Positions 45,441 through 56,800 of a stretch of DNA of 64,000 nucleotides are shown piece by piece. Made by a program: the position numbers and the translations under genes. Position 1 is the stretch's first letter. Each line of letters begins with the position of its first letter. The notes beneath the pieces were generated by a model. That model was not told the DNA's origin. It ran no database searches and saw only the letters and a program-made list of their open reading frames with translations. Origin of the DNA: an uncultured Bacteroidales bacterium (lineage in GTDB: Bacteria; Bacteroidota; Bacteroidia; Bacteroidales; CAZJDA01); NCBI GenBank assembly GCA_964544705.1, contig CAZJDA010000005.1, positions 76,661-140,660 of the forward strand. Direction: 5' to 3'.

Positions 45441-47912
45441 CTACTTTTTCTTTTTGTCTTTGAGTTCCTTGTTTTCTTTTTCCAGTTCCTGGACTTTCTT
45501 TTTTAGCTGGTTGCGTTCCTCTTCCATTTTCTTTTCTTTGTTTCTAATTTCTTCAAATTTTTTGTTGTATTTATCTTCGATAAGTTTGCTATCAGTAATA
45601 TCATTAGCAATTTTCATGATTTTATAAGGTTTGCCATGACTATCTTTTATGGGGGTATAAGTTTCTTCAAACCAAAAAGTTTGTCCTTTAATATTAAACT
45701 TATTCAGATCTTTTTTTACTTTTCCCTGCTTAAGGTCTTGCCAGAATTTATTATATTCTTTTTTTTGCTTTTCTGTCATTTGCAGGTTATCGGAATGGTG
45801 CGTGCCAATAACACCTTTTTTATCGGGAATATTGAATCTTATTAAGTAAGCATCATTAAAGTCAATAATTTTCCCATCAAGATCATAAAAGATTACGTAA
45901 TTGGATGCGTTGATAGCTTCAATAACGCCTTCCATCTCGGCATTTTTCCTGGTCATTTCTTCTTGGGTGGCATGCAATTCTTCCATATTTTGCCTCATCT
46001 CTTCTTCTTGCGCCCTCATTTGTTCTGATTGCATTTGCGATTGCTCCAATAACTTGGAAGTACGCAAGTTAATTTTAACAGAAGAAATGGTTGAAGCAAT
46101 ACTCTCAGCAACTTTTTCTATAAATTCAATTTTATATTTTTCAAATTTGTTTAAAGACGCAATTTCAATTACCCCAAATATATCTTCGTTGGTTACCAAT
46201 GGGATCTCCAGTAATGCTTTAGGTTCTGTTTCTCCAAGGCCTGAGGCAATAGACATGTATCCTTCCGGAAGTTTATCCAAGTATATGGTTCTCTTTTCTT
46301 TAAAGCAACTACCAACAAGCCCTTCTCCTATTTCTATACGTGTACCTGCTTGCTTTTTCCTGTCGTAAGCAAAATAGGCTGTCATTTCTAAGTGTTTGTC
46401 ATGCTCATTTTCGTCATTGAGAATGAAAATACCGCCCACTTTAGCTTCCAAGTATTTAACCAAGTTGTTAATAATTTCAAATGATAACTTGGATATATCA
46501 TCATTATTTTGCCTAAGTATTTCACCAAACTTGGCTATACCCTGCGTAGTCCAGTTTCTTTTTTTGTCTGCTTCTTTTCGTTTTTCTTCATCGCTTTTGG
46601 CTTTTTTAAGGCTTTCGCGCATCTTAATCAGAGAATTGCCAAGTACATCTTTAGAACTAAGCAAATCGAATTTTGCATCAAGGTTTTCTTTCCCTATTTC
46701 CTCTGAAAACTTGGCCGTACGATTAAGGCCTTCTATTAATTTATTAACAGAGTTGGCCATTTCTCCTATCTCGTCATTTGATTTTATTTCCAGTTTATGG
46801 GTGTGGTGTATATCGCCTTTGGAAAGCTTTTTCAAAACATCTGTAGTTTTTATCAATGGCTTGCTGATATTGCGGGCAATGAGCCAAATGATAAAAGCTA
46901 ATATAAGCAAGCCAAAAACGCCAACAACCAATGAGATGATAAATTTTTGGTTGGCTTTAGCCAGTATCACGTTAACAGGAACAACAATACCGATAGACCA
47001 AGGGGTTTTGGATTTGCCGATTTTAACGGGTGCAAAGGAAACATACCTTTTTTGGTTATTTTCGTTGCTTTTATGCACAAAAGAGAAATAATTGCCTTCT
47101 TGGATGTTTTTTAAAATATTATGTTTTTCATTTCCTTTTGGGTCAACTTCTTGTATTTTTTCACCAACATTTTGTTCATCTGGATGAGCTACAAAAGTGC
47201 CGTCGTTGGCAATAAGAAAAGCATGGCTTTCCGCAAAAGGTTGAATTTTGTCAACAATTTCTTGGAAACGAGCCAATGCAAGGTCAACACCTGCCAAACC
47301 AATAAATTCTCCATCTTCAACAATTGGAACACAAACACTAGATTCCAATATATTATCTTCTTCTTCCCCGGTATAAGAAAACCAATATGGGTCCATAACG
47401 GTTTCTTCTTTCGATACTTTCATCTGGTAATAGGCGCCTTGTTTTTTATCGCCCAAAGTGTCAAGAATTTCTTTTTTATATTTCATTTTTTTATTCTCAT
47501 CCCGGTAATAGGTAAAACGCGCCCTTCCATAGTCTTTTGTCCATGTTGAATCTATCGCGCTTAATTCCCAGATCAACCAAACAGACAAGAAGTTTTTATT
47601 ATGCTCAAGCACATTTTTTAAGATATTGTTATAAACTTGTTTCCTTTTTCCTGGAGACAAATCCTTATACCCAAGAAAAGCTTGTGCTAAAGCCCTTGAC
47701 ATATTCATATCTACATTAAAATTGGCTTTGGCTAGGTTAGCATATTCTCTTGCATATGAATCTGTTACCTTTTCAGCATTATTTAAAGACATACTGCGCA
47801 TATTAACGGTAATATATCCTACAGAACCAGCATAAATAATTGTGGTAGTTGTTAATATCAAAAAGATCATTTTGGCATTGATACCTATTCTTTTTTTAAG
47901 CAATGATTTCAT
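45441..47912 (-). CDS. Membrane sensor protein: dCache-like periplasmic domain, HAMP, GAF, coiled coil, PAS; no recognisable output domain
   Basis: There is an N-terminal TM, an extracytoplasmic region of about 300 aa and a second TM. HAMP follows (ISKPLIKTTDVLKKLSKGD...EIGEMANSVNKLIEGL), then GAF (GEGLVGSCFKEKRTIYL), then PAS near the C-terminus, and a Lys/Glu-rich tail. Confidence 0.7.
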   Translation of the reverse strand: MKSLLKKRIGINAKMIFLILTTTTIIYAGSVGYITVNMRSMSLNNAEKVTDSYAREYANLAKANFNVDMNMSRALAQAFLGYKDLSPGKRKQVYNNILKNVLEHNKNFLSVWLIWELSAIDSTWTKDYGRARFTYYRDENKKMKYKKEILDTLGDKKQGAYYQMKVSKEETVMDPYWFSYTGEEEDNILESSVCVPIVEDGEFIGLAGVDLALARFQEIVDKIQPFAESHAFLIANDGTFVAHPDEQNVGEKIQEVDPKGNEKHNILKNIQEGNYFSFVHKSNENNQKRYVSFAPVKIGKSKTPWSIGIVVPVNVILAKANQKFIISLVVGVFGLLILAFIIWLIARNISKPLIKTTDVLKKLSKGDIHHTHKLEIKSNDEIGEMANSVNKLIEGLNRTAKFSEEIGKENLDAKFDLLSSKDVLGNSLIKMRESLKKAKSDEEKRKEADKKRNWTTQGIAKFGEILRQNNDDISKLSFEIINNLVKYLEAKVGGIFILNDENEHDKHLEMTAYFAYDRKKQAGTRIEIGEGLVGSCFKEKRTIYLDKLPEGYMSIASGLGETEPKALLEIPLVTNEDIFGVIEIASLNKFEKYKIEFIEKVAESIASTISSVKINLRTSKLLEQSQMQSEQMRAQEEEMRQNMEELHATQEEMTRKNAEMEGVIEAINASNYVIFYDLDGKIIDFNDAYLIRFNIPDKKGVIGTHHSDNLQMTEKQKKEYNKFWQDLKQGKVKKDLNKFNIKGQTFWFEETYTPIKDSHGKPYKIMKIANDITDSKLIEDKYNKKFEEIRNKEKKMEEERNQLKKKVQELEKENKELKDKKKK

Positions 47913-48165
47913 AAAACCGGTTTTTATGTATTTTTTTAAAGCTCTACCTTATAGGGAATTTTAATTTTTCAAAATTAATATTTACGATAATTATACCCTA
48001 ATTATAACAAAAACTTATTTCAAAAGGTAAAGATAAGAAATTGTTGAAAAATAATATGAATATTACTAAAATTCAAAAAAAAATTGGAAAAATAATACCG
48101 TTGACCCCAGTTTGTGTTATTGATAATCCCAGGGTGGAAGTTTACATGGGATATGCTAAAGCATT

Positions 48166-48753
48166 TTAATGAATAGTGTCTTTTACAAAATATACCTCGC
48201 AATCAAAAGCTTCGGCAAAATTACGTATGTATAGTTTTCCCAGCATTTCCGTTTTATCCTTATATTTTTCTTTTTCTTCCAGGGTTAACGCATTTTTTGC
48301 ACTATCAAGGGCTTTTTTAATATCAGTAAAAGTTTTACTATAACTGGATTTAGAATAGTTGGGGATATTTAACTTGGTATAGATATCATAATTTTTCACC
48401 TTGTCAATGTCAATTTGAGGTTCGCTGAGCTTTGCACCGGGAAAGAATACTTTAACCTTGTTATTTCCTTCACTAATAAAATCCAACTTATGCATTTCTA
48501 TTGAACCTACTACTTCTATAGGAACAGTGGCCATCATTTGTAACTTTTCATATTCGTTTTCTAAGGTCAATAGTTTGTCTGAATAGAATGTAGTAAGTTG
48601 TAACTCTTTCATATCTTGAAGTTTTTTAAACTTACTATATACACTGCTTTTACCTGAAAACTTATTAACATATAATTTACCGAGGAAGAAACCTCCTACA
48701 AGGCCAATAATAAGGATAAACAATACCAGTGAAAAGCTGCTGTTTCGTTTCAT
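48166..48753 (-). CDS. Membrane-anchored hypothetical protein (DUF4230-like size and layout)
   Basis: A 195-aa protein with an N-terminal TM (FSLVLFILIIGLVGGFFLG). The family assignment is tentative. Confidence 0.4.
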   Translation of the reverse strand: MKRNSSFSLVLFILIIGLVGGFFLGKLYVNKFSGKSSVYSKFKKLQDMKELQLTTFYSDKLLTLENEYEKLQMMATVPIEVVGSIEMHKLDFISEGNNKVKVFFPGAKLSEPQIDIDKVKNYDIYTKLNIPNYSKSSYSKTFTDIKKALDSAKNALTLEEKEKYKDKTEMLGKLYIRNFAEAFDCEVYFVKDTIH

Positions 48754-48871
48754 AATAATCCGGGTTTTGATTTTTATACTTTATACCTTTAATAAATAAG
48801 TTTTGTTTCAATTTTTTGAAAGAAGAATTACATTGCCATTAATATTTAGAAAGGATAGCATTTAACCCAAA

Positions 48872-49060
48872 TTGAGCGATTATTCCCTTCGGTCATGAGC
48901 TAAAGGTTCTCGCTCACAGCCTGCCCCGTACACGAAGTGTCGGGGATAAAGAAATTGTATGCCTTTCACCTCACCTATTCGGTGAAAACCGACAATTTCT
49001 AAATCGGGGTTATCCGCCGGCTGGCGGAAAGCGCTTTTTCACTTCGTTCAAACCGCTCAA
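48872..49060. repeat. GC-rich palindromic intergenic element
   Basis: The ends TTGAGCG (48872-48878) and CGCTCAA (49054-49060) are complementary. Internal stems are CCCCG-(12 nt)-CGGGG and TCCGCC-GGCT-GGCGGA. It lies just after the stop of the 49068-49931 gene. Confidence 0.6.
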
Positions 49061-49067
49061 CTTAGTT

Positions 49068-49931
49068 TTAACTTGTTAATTCATTGATTGTGTCTTTGGC
49101 ATTTTTAAACTCAAATTCAAATCCATTATCAAGGAGTTTTTGGGGATATGCTTTTTGTCCTGATAATAGTGTATTTGCTGCTTCGCCATAGATAAGCTTC
49201 AAAATAAAAGGTGGTATTGTGAAAAAAGCTGGTTTATTTATGGCATTAGAAAGCAGTTTTGTAAAATTTTTGTTATCTATAATATCCGGGCTTGTCAGGT
49301 TGCAAGCTCCTTGTATTCCAGCATTTTGTATGGTAAAAAGATAAGCATTAAGTAAGTCATGAAGATGAATCCAAGAAAAGGGTTGTTTACCATGGCCAAT
49401 TTTGCCGCCGGCTCCCATCTTAAAAGGCCTAGCCATTTGTGGAAAAGCGCCGCCATTTTTACTTAATACAATTCCCAGCCTAAAAATCACAGTCCTGGTA
49501 TATTCATGGGTTTTATAAGCTTCTGCTTCCCATTGTTGGCATAAGTTGCCTAAGAAATCGTTAGAAAAAAAGGTAGATTCTTCTGTATGTTCATGAATAC
49601 TATCATAAATTCCAATGGCAGAAGTCGAGATGAAAAGTATTGGCTTGGTGTCCGCATTTTTTATAGCCTCTGAAATTTTTTTTGTGGTATTTACCCGGCT
49701 GGCATAAAGTATTCTTTTATATTTCTTTGTCCATCTTTTAATGATAGGCGCCCCTGCAAGATGAATAATGATAGGGTGGTTTTCAATTTTTCTTTGGAAT
49801 ATTGAAAATTCGCTCTCAAAATCTTTTCTTGAAAGCGAATGAATCTCATATCCTGCATTTTGTAAAAATCCTGCCAGTTTAGAGCCAATAAACCCGGAAA
49901 CTCCACTAATGAGAACTTTCATAGCTTTCAA
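49068..49931 (-). CDS. TIGR01777/YfcH-like NAD-dependent epimerase family protein (SDR with DUF1731 tail)
   Basis: Rossmann MKVLISGVSGFIGSKL and a C-terminal tail LLSGQKAYPQKLLDNGFEFEF. Confidence 0.75.
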   Translation of the reverse strand: MKAMKVLISGVSGFIGSKLAGFLQNAGYEIHSLSRKDFESEFSIFQRKIENHPIIIHLAGAPIIKRWTKKYKRILYASRVNTTKKISEAIKNADTKPILFISTSAIGIYDSIHEHTEESTFFSNDFLGNLCQQWEAEAYKTHEYTRTVIFRLGIVLSKNGGAFPQMARPFKMGAGGKIGHGKQPFSWIHLHDLLNAYLFTIQNAGIQGACNLTSPDIIDNKNFTKLLSNAINKPAFFTIPPFILKLIYGEAANTLLSGQKAYPQKLLDNGFEFEFKNAKDTINELTS

Positions 49932-50296
49932 GCAACTGCTCGATTTTTAATGGCTTCGGCAATTCTTTTATATTCTTTATTCAATTTGGCTATTCCTATA
50001 GCTCCACCCGAAACTCCTGACATACCTTTTATGAGTTCGAGTTTTGTTTGTCCATTTTCTTCCTTGATAATAACGTTAAATGTGTACCTTTTCACAAAAG
50101 CGCCAAAAAGTATCCTCATTGTTTTATTGCCAATACCATAAACAGCATTTTCGGGGCTGCCTTGTTCCCTTTTATATCCTTCGCCAAGGAATAGGTTCTC
50201 AATGATCCCGCTTAATTCTTTGATGTTGGTTTCTTCAAATAAAAAAACTTTTGATGTTTTTGCTTCCTGGAAGTCAACTAGTTTTAAGTTTGCCAT
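49928..50296 (-). CDS. Hypothetical protein
   Basis: 122-aa ORF with a 4-nt overlap to the downstream epimerase gene. No motif was recognised. Confidence 0.45.
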   Translation of the reverse strand: MANLKLVDFQEAKTSKVFLFEETNIKELSGIIENLFLGEGYKREQGSPENAVYGIGNKTMRILFGAFVKRYTFNVIIKEENGQTKLELIKGMSGVSGGAIGIAKLNKEYKRIAEAIKNRAVA

Positions 50297-50364
50297 GTTC
50301 TAAAAATTTTGAATGAATATATCGTAAATATAGCAATTCTTTTTTCAATCATTAATAAAAAAAC

Positions 50365-52725
50365 CTATATCCTTATGCCCCAAATACAAACATCGTCTGT
50401 TTGTTCGTTTTCTCCTTTCCACTGCTGGAAGGTTTTATCAAGAATAGCAAATTGTTCTTTCATGGGCTTATCAGAAATGCTAAGAAGGAGTTTTTTAAAA
50501 GGCCGTTTTTTGAATTTTATATGGTTGTTCCTGTCAAATTGGTCGGCATAGCCATCGGTTGAGATGTAGAGGATATCGCCTTTTAACAGCTGTATTTCAT
50601 GTTTGATAAAAGAGTCCATTTGGTCATAAATGGATATGGGCATCAAATCGCCTTTTATTTCGTGAAGTGTATGGGTTTTATTTTTTAACGCCCTGTTATT
50701 ATTTAATGCATTCAAGGCATAATGATTCAAATCATCCCTGGTGTTATTTTGCCTAACAATATATAGTGGGTTGTCAGCGCCGGCAAACTCCAATTTTAGT
50801 GTTTGAGTATCTAAAACACACAGCGACATGTCTATCCCGTCTCTTTGCCCACTGTCTGTATTTTTTTGTTTCAGCGAAAATATTACATTTTCCCTTAACT
50901 CATTGAGTATATTATCGGCTTCATCAATACTGTTTTTTGATACGATCTCGTTAAGTTGTGAAATGCCAAGAACGCTCATAAACGCACCCGGGACACCATG
51001 GCCTGTAGAGTCAGCGACGGTAAAAATAAGTTTCTGTCCAATTTTGGCTGCCCAATAGAAATCCCCGCTTACAACACTGTGAGGTTTATAAAAAATAAAA
51101 TGTTCAGGGAAATGCTTTTCCAAGAAGCTATTTTCTGGTAGCATGGTTTTCTGTATTCTCCTTGCATAATCAATGCTTTTGGCTAATTTGTTATGAATAC
51201 TAATTGCTTTATTTTTTTGCTCAGTAATTTTACAATTAGCTGCTTCTAAGCTTTCGTTTTTACTTTGGATTATGGCTGCTATTTTCCTTTTTTGCCTATA
51301 GTTATGGTATAATATCACAATTAGAATTAATACCAAAACAAATCCAATGACCAAAGCATTGCGTTGGATATTTTGACGTTTTACCTCTGCATTTTTTTTC
51401 TGGATTAGCAATTCTTGCTTTTCAATTTCTTGCTGCTTTTTCTTTACTTGGTATTGAACTTCAATTTTTTGAAGTTGCTCCATCTTCTTTATGGAGAAAA
51501 TACTATCATTGGCATTTTTATATAATTTGTAATACATCAATGCATTCAAATGATCTTTAATACCTTGATAGGCCTTAGAAAGCTTTTTAAACAATACTTT
51601 TTTTGTTGCTAAAGCGCCAATTTCGTTGGAGATTCCCAATCCTCTATTTGCGGCATCAATTGCTTTTTTATAATAGGTATTTATGGTGTCGTTATTAGAA
51701 CTTGATGATGCTATCTTTATATAAATGTCAGCAATGTTTTCAAAGGCAATAGCAATTCCATTCATATCACCCATTGCGGTTTTTATTTCAAGCGCTTTTT
51801 TTAAATATTGGATAGATTTTTTATAGTCTCCTTTATAATTATATACCAACCCAATATTATTATAAGCTTCAGATATTCCTTTCTTATCCCGTATATCTTC
51901 TTTTATTTCAAGCGACTTCTGGTAGTAAATAATGGCTTGGTTATATTCTTTTTTTTGGATATGAATATTTCCAATATTGTTGTAGCAAATAGCTACTCCT
52001 TTCTTGTTGCCAATTTTCTTCTTAATCTCTAAAGATTTTTTATAATATTCAATGGCTTTTTCCCAGTTTTTAGTAAAATAGTGAATTAATCCAATATTAT
52101 TAAAACAAACGGATATACCCTTTATATCATTGAGTTTTTCTTTTATTTTCAATGACTCAAAATAATACTTTAATGCTTCATTGTATTCACCTTTATAGTA
52201 ATAAATTAATCCAATATTGTTAAAGCATTTAGCCATACCTTTTTTTATCCCTAATTTCTTATCAATGGACAAAGCTTTTTCGTAAAATATTAATGCTTTG
52301 TCAAAATTTCCCTGGGCTTGGTATACCATTCCCAAATTATTAAAAGTTTTGGCTAAACTTGAGTCTTTATCTTTGTCAAAACCTTGCTTGAGTTTAATTG
52401 ACTTTTCGTAAAAGATCAACGCGCTATCATAGTTATCCTGGTAATAATAAAACAATCCTAAATTATCAAAGCTTTTGATAATACCCGCAGGATAACCAAT
52501 GCTTATGGCTTTTTTAAGAGCTAAGTTTGCATATTTGAGGGCTTCATGCAGGTCTTTTTTCCTCCATTCCTCAGAAAGTAAGTTCAAGACATCCACTTTT
52601 CTTTCTCCATTGGCCGATTTAAGCTCTGCGGCCAAGCTGTCCTTTGCACTCTTGCTGCTATTATTGGCATAGGAGTTAAACACAGGAAAAATAGCCAATA
52701 ATAAAATATAAAATTTCTTTTTCAT
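50365..52725 (-). CDS. TPR-repeat sensor with TM helix and C-terminal PP2C/SpoIIE phosphatase
   Basis: About 9 TPR units (FNNIGLIYYYKGEYNEALKYY and similar), a TM (ALVIGFVLVLILIVILY), and SpoIIE motifs GDFYW, ADSTGHGVPGAF, TDGYADQF and TDDVCIWGIRI. I prefer the ATG at 52725. Confidence 0.8.
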   Translation of the reverse strand: MKKKFYILLLAIFPVFNSYANNSSKSAKDSLAAELKSANGERKVDVLNLLSEEWRKKDLHEALKYANLALKKAISIGYPAGIIKSFDNLGLFYYYQDNYDSALIFYEKSIKLKQGFDKDKDSSLAKTFNNLGMVYQAQGNFDKALIFYEKALSIDKKLGIKKGMAKCFNNIGLIYYYKGEYNEALKYYFESLKIKEKLNDIKGISVCFNNIGLIHYFTKNWEKAIEYYKKSLEIKKKIGNKKGVAICYNNIGNIHIQKKEYNQAIIYYQKSLEIKEDIRDKKGISEAYNNIGLVYNYKGDYKKSIQYLKKALEIKTAMGDMNGIAIAFENIADIYIKIASSSSNNDTINTYYKKAIDAANRGLGISNEIGALATKKVLFKKLSKAYQGIKDHLNALMYYKLYKNANDSIFSIKKMEQLQKIEVQYQVKKKQQEIEKQELLIQKKNAEVKRQNIQRNALVIGFVLVLILIVILYHNYRQKRKIAAIIQSKNESLEAANCKITEQKNKAISIHNKLAKSIDYARRIQKTMLPENSFLEKHFPEHFIFYKPHSVVSGDFYWAAKIGQKLIFTVADSTGHGVPGAFMSVLGISQLNEIVSKNSIDEADNILNELRENVIFSLKQKNTDSGQRDGIDMSLCVLDTQTLKLEFAGADNPLYIVRQNNTRDDLNHYALNALNNNRALKNKTHTLHEIKGDLMPISIYDQMDSFIKHEIQLLKGDILYISTDGYADQFDRNNHIKFKKRPFKKLLLSISDKPMKEQFAILDKTFQQWKGENEQTDDVCIWGIRI

Positions 52726-52872
52726 TGGATAAAAATACAAAACTTCCAAAAATTACATAATAATCAAGGCATTTTCATTCATTTAAAATTTATGGTGATG
52801 TTTCTTTATGCTAACAAACTTAAATCATGCTCTTTTGTGTATCAACAATTATCCCGGGCATTGCCCGTTACA

Positions 52873-53832
52873 TTAAAAAATTTCCTTTAATATCATTTTA
52901 ATATTATCAGCTATCCCGATTGTAAAAAAATGCAAAGACGGGACATTATGACTGATGAGCTCACGTGCTTGTTTAATACTCCATTCAATACCTAAATTAT
53001 AAGCTTCTTCATTGGTTTTACATTTTCTCAATTCTTTGGCAAACTCTTCAGGGATATCTATATTGAATGTTTTAGGCAAGAGCCTTATATCGCTTAGGCG
53101 CGAAATGGGTTTTAAGCCCGGTATAATAGGTACATTGATATCGTTTTTATGACATCGGCCTACAAAATCAAAAAACTTACGGTTATCAAAAAACATCTGG
53201 GTAACGATGTATTCACCACCAGCATCGATCTTTTTCTTTAAAAAATGAATATCTGACTCAATATTTGCAGCTTCTACGTGCTTTTCAGGGTAACCAGCAA
53301 CCCCAACAGAAAAGTTTGTTGCAGCGGTGTTTTCCAAGTCATCATCCAAGTAAAGGCCCCTGTTAAGGTCTTTGATTTGCTTGATGAGTTCGGATGCATA
53401 CCTGTGCCCATTTTCCTCGGGTTTAAAAACCCTGGAGGATTTAGGCGGGTCTCCCCTTAAGGCTAAAATATTATGAACGTTCAAAAAATGCAGGTCTATA
53501 AGTGCGTACTCGGTTTCTTCTTTAGAAAAGCCACCACAGATTAGGTGGGGAACAACATTTACCGAAGGGTATTTCGATTTTATTGCAGCGGCTATAGCAA
53601 CAGTACCAGGCCTTTTACGAACACTTCTTCTCTGCAACAACCCGTTATCAAGCTTTTTATATACTACTTCTTCTTGGTGATAAGTGATATTGATATTGGC
53701 TGGATTGAATTCAACCAGCTTATCAATAGTAGAAAAAACAGATTGTATGGTATATCCCTTTAAAGGCGGCAATAACTCAAAGGAAAAGAGAGTTTTTTTC
53801 GTGTTTCTAAATATTTCCGCAACAGTTTGCAT
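52873..53832 (-). CDS. metF: Methylenetetrahydrofolate reductase
   Basis: FSFELLPPLKG at the N-terminus and a length of 319 aa. It lies immediately downstream of metH. Confidence 0.85.
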   Translation of the reverse strand: MQTVAEIFRNTKKTLFSFELLPPLKGYTIQSVFSTIDKLVEFNPANINITYHQEEVVYKKLDNGLLQRRSVRKRPGTVAIAAAIKSKYPSVNVVPHLICGGFSKEETEYALIDLHFLNVHNILALRGDPPKSSRVFKPEENGHRYASELIKQIKDLNRGLYLDDDLENTAATNFSVGVAGYPEKHVEAANIESDIHFLKKKIDAGGEYIVTQMFFDNRKFFDFVGRCHKNDINVPIIPGLKPISRLSDIRLLPKTFNIDIPEEFAKELRKCKTNEEAYNLGIEWSIKQARELISHNVPSLHFFTIGIADNIKMILKEIF

Positions 53833-53835
53833 AAT

Positions 53836-56800
53836 TTATACCTTTTGTGATGGATATACTTGGTTTTTTAATAATTGCTCGGCTTTTCCTATATCAATAT
53901 TACTGCGTTCTGCAAAATCAGCCACCTGTCTTGGTGAAATTTTACCAACATTAAAATACTTGGATCGTGGGTTGGCGAAATACCATCCACATACCGATGC
54001 AACAGGTTTCATCATGTAATTCTCCGTGAGGGTAATACATGTATTTTTTTCTGCATCTACAAGGTTGAATATTTTCACTTTATCTTTATGTACCGGACAT
54101 GCAGGATATCCTGTAGCAGGGCGTATACCAGTATATTCTTCTTTCAATAGTTTTTCTTTATCGAATTTTTCGTTGGGAGAAAAGCCCCAAATGTCTTTTC
54201 TTACCCTATAATGTATAATCTCTGCAAGGGCTTCCGCCATCCTAATGCTAAGCATTTGAACCATAAGCGCATTATAATCATCGTTTTGCTTTTTAAGCCT
54301 TTCTACTTCTTTTTCTACACCAATACCGGCGGTACATGCAAATACACCAATATAGTCTTTAATTTCTGATGACAAAGGTGCAATAAAATCCGCTAATGAC
54401 AAGTTGGGTTGACCGGGGCGTTTTTCTTCCTGGTTGCGAAGGAAATGGAAAGTAACCAATTTTTTATCCCGGTTTTCATCCTTATAAACAATCACATCAT
54501 AACCTTTTGAATTGGCAGGGAATATTCCTGCTACACCATGAGCTTCGAGAATGTTGTTTTTAATGATATAATCGAGAGACTTTTGAGCATCTTCAAAAAG
54601 CTTTTTAGCCTCTTGGCCATGCACTGGGTCTTTGAAAATATCGGGATATTTGCCATGAATGTCCCAAGATCTAAAGAAGTAGGTCCAGTCTATCATTTCA
54701 GCAAGCTCTTCTAAAGGATAATTGTTAAACTTATGTATTCCAGGGTTTTTAGGCGTTTTAATATCTTGTTCCTTCCAGTTGATATTTAGCCTGTTTCTTC
54801 TCGCTTGGTTAATGGTAACGTATTTCTTTTCCGATTGTTCTTGCATGTATTTTTCAGAAATACGAATGTATTCTTCTTGTAGTTGGTTAATATATTGGTT
54901 CTTTTTTTCAGGCGAAAGCAATTTATTAATGATCTTAATACTTTGCGAAGCATCTTTAACATGCACTACAGCACCATTGTAATGGGGGTTAATTTTTACC
55001 GCTGTATGAAGTTTACTTGTTGCTGCCCCACCTATAACCAATGGTATGTTAAATCCATTATTTTCCATTTCTTTAGCTACATGAACCATCTCGTCCATAG
55101 AGGGAGTAATAAGCCCGCTAAGCCCAATAACATCAACATTTTCTTCCAAAGCCTTTTTTATTATTTTTTCGGCAGGTACCATAACGCCCATATCTATGAT
55201 TTCGTAATTATTACATGCTAAAACCACCCCAGTAATATTTTTTCCTATATCATGCACATCACCTTTAACAGTAGCTAATAATATTTTTCCTGCCGAGCTT
55301 TTTGTTGATTCTTTACCTTTCTCAATAAATGGATGTAGATAAGATACCGCTCGTTTCATCACCCTTGCGCTCTTAACCACTTGGGGTAAAAACATTTTTC
55401 CTTCTCCAAAAAGTTCGCCCACTCTATTCATTGCATTCATCAAAGGTTCTTCAATAATAAGGATAGGTTCCGGGTATTGTTTCAATGCCTCTTCCAGGTC
55501 GTGCTCTATATGACTGGTAATGCCTTTTACAAGTGCATATTCAATGCGTTGTTCCAGACTTTGCTCCCGCCATTTTTCTTGGGTTACTTGCTGTTTACCT
55601 TTAGATTTAACCTTTTCTGCAAAAGCAATAAGCCTTTCGGTAGCATCTTTTCTCCTGTTCAGGATAGCATCTTCTGCCAATTGTTTCAGGTCGGGCTCAA
55701 TATCATCATAAACTTGCAACATTCCAGCATTAACAATGCCCATATCAAGCCCTGCTTTTACAGCATGATAGAGAAAAATAGCGTGCATAGCCTCCCTAAC
55801 CGTGTTATTTCCTCTAAAAGAAAAAGAAAGATTGCTAATACCACCACTCACTTTTGCTCCAGGGAGGTTTTCTTTGATCCAACGTGTGGCTTTAATAAAG
55901 TTGACGGCATAGTTGTTATGATCTTCAATGCCAGTAGCTATCGTTAGTATATTAGGATCAAAAATAATATCATCAGGATAATAGCCTGCTTTATTTACAA
56001 GTAAGTTATAAGCTCTTTCACAAACTTCAATTTTATGTTCATAGCTCACAGCTTGCCCTTTTTCATCAAAAGCCATTACAACTGCGGCAGAGCCATATTG
56101 TTTTAACAGTTCAGCTTTTTGGAGAAATTCCTCTTCTCCTTCTTTCAGATTGATAGAGTTTACCAACGGTTTTCCTTGCACACATTTTAGGCCGGCTTCA
56201 ATCACCTTCCAATCTGAAGAATCAATCATAATAGGCACTTTGGAAATACTTGGTTCAGCGGCAATATGATTGAGGAAGGTTGTCATAGTTTCATCACTAT
56301 CCAGCATGGCATCATCCAGGTTTACATCAATGATCTCTGCGCCATTTTCGATCTGCTGGCGGGCAATAGAAAGCGCTTCATCAAAATTGTTTTCTTTTAT
56401 CAACCGGGCAAATTTCATCGATCCTGCCATGTTGGTTCTTTCGCCAATATTAATAAAATTGCTTTCGGGATAAAGTTCTAATTCTTCCAAGCCAGCAAGT
56501 ATGGTGTTTTTGCTCCTGTCTGGTACAACCCTGGGGTGATAGTATTTTGCAACTTCTGCAATACTTTTTATATGTTGTGGTGTCGAACCACAGCAGCCAC
56601 CAACAATATTTACGAGTTCGTTTTTAAGAAACCCTTCAATAAAACCGGCCATTTCTTCGGGCGATTCATTATAGTTGCCCATTTCATCAGGCAAACCGGC
56701 GTTAGGGTGCGCACTAACAAAAAACGGTGTTTTCCCTGATATCCTCTTTAAGTAGGGCATAAGATTTTTGGCTCCAAGAGCACAATTAAGCCCAATGCTG

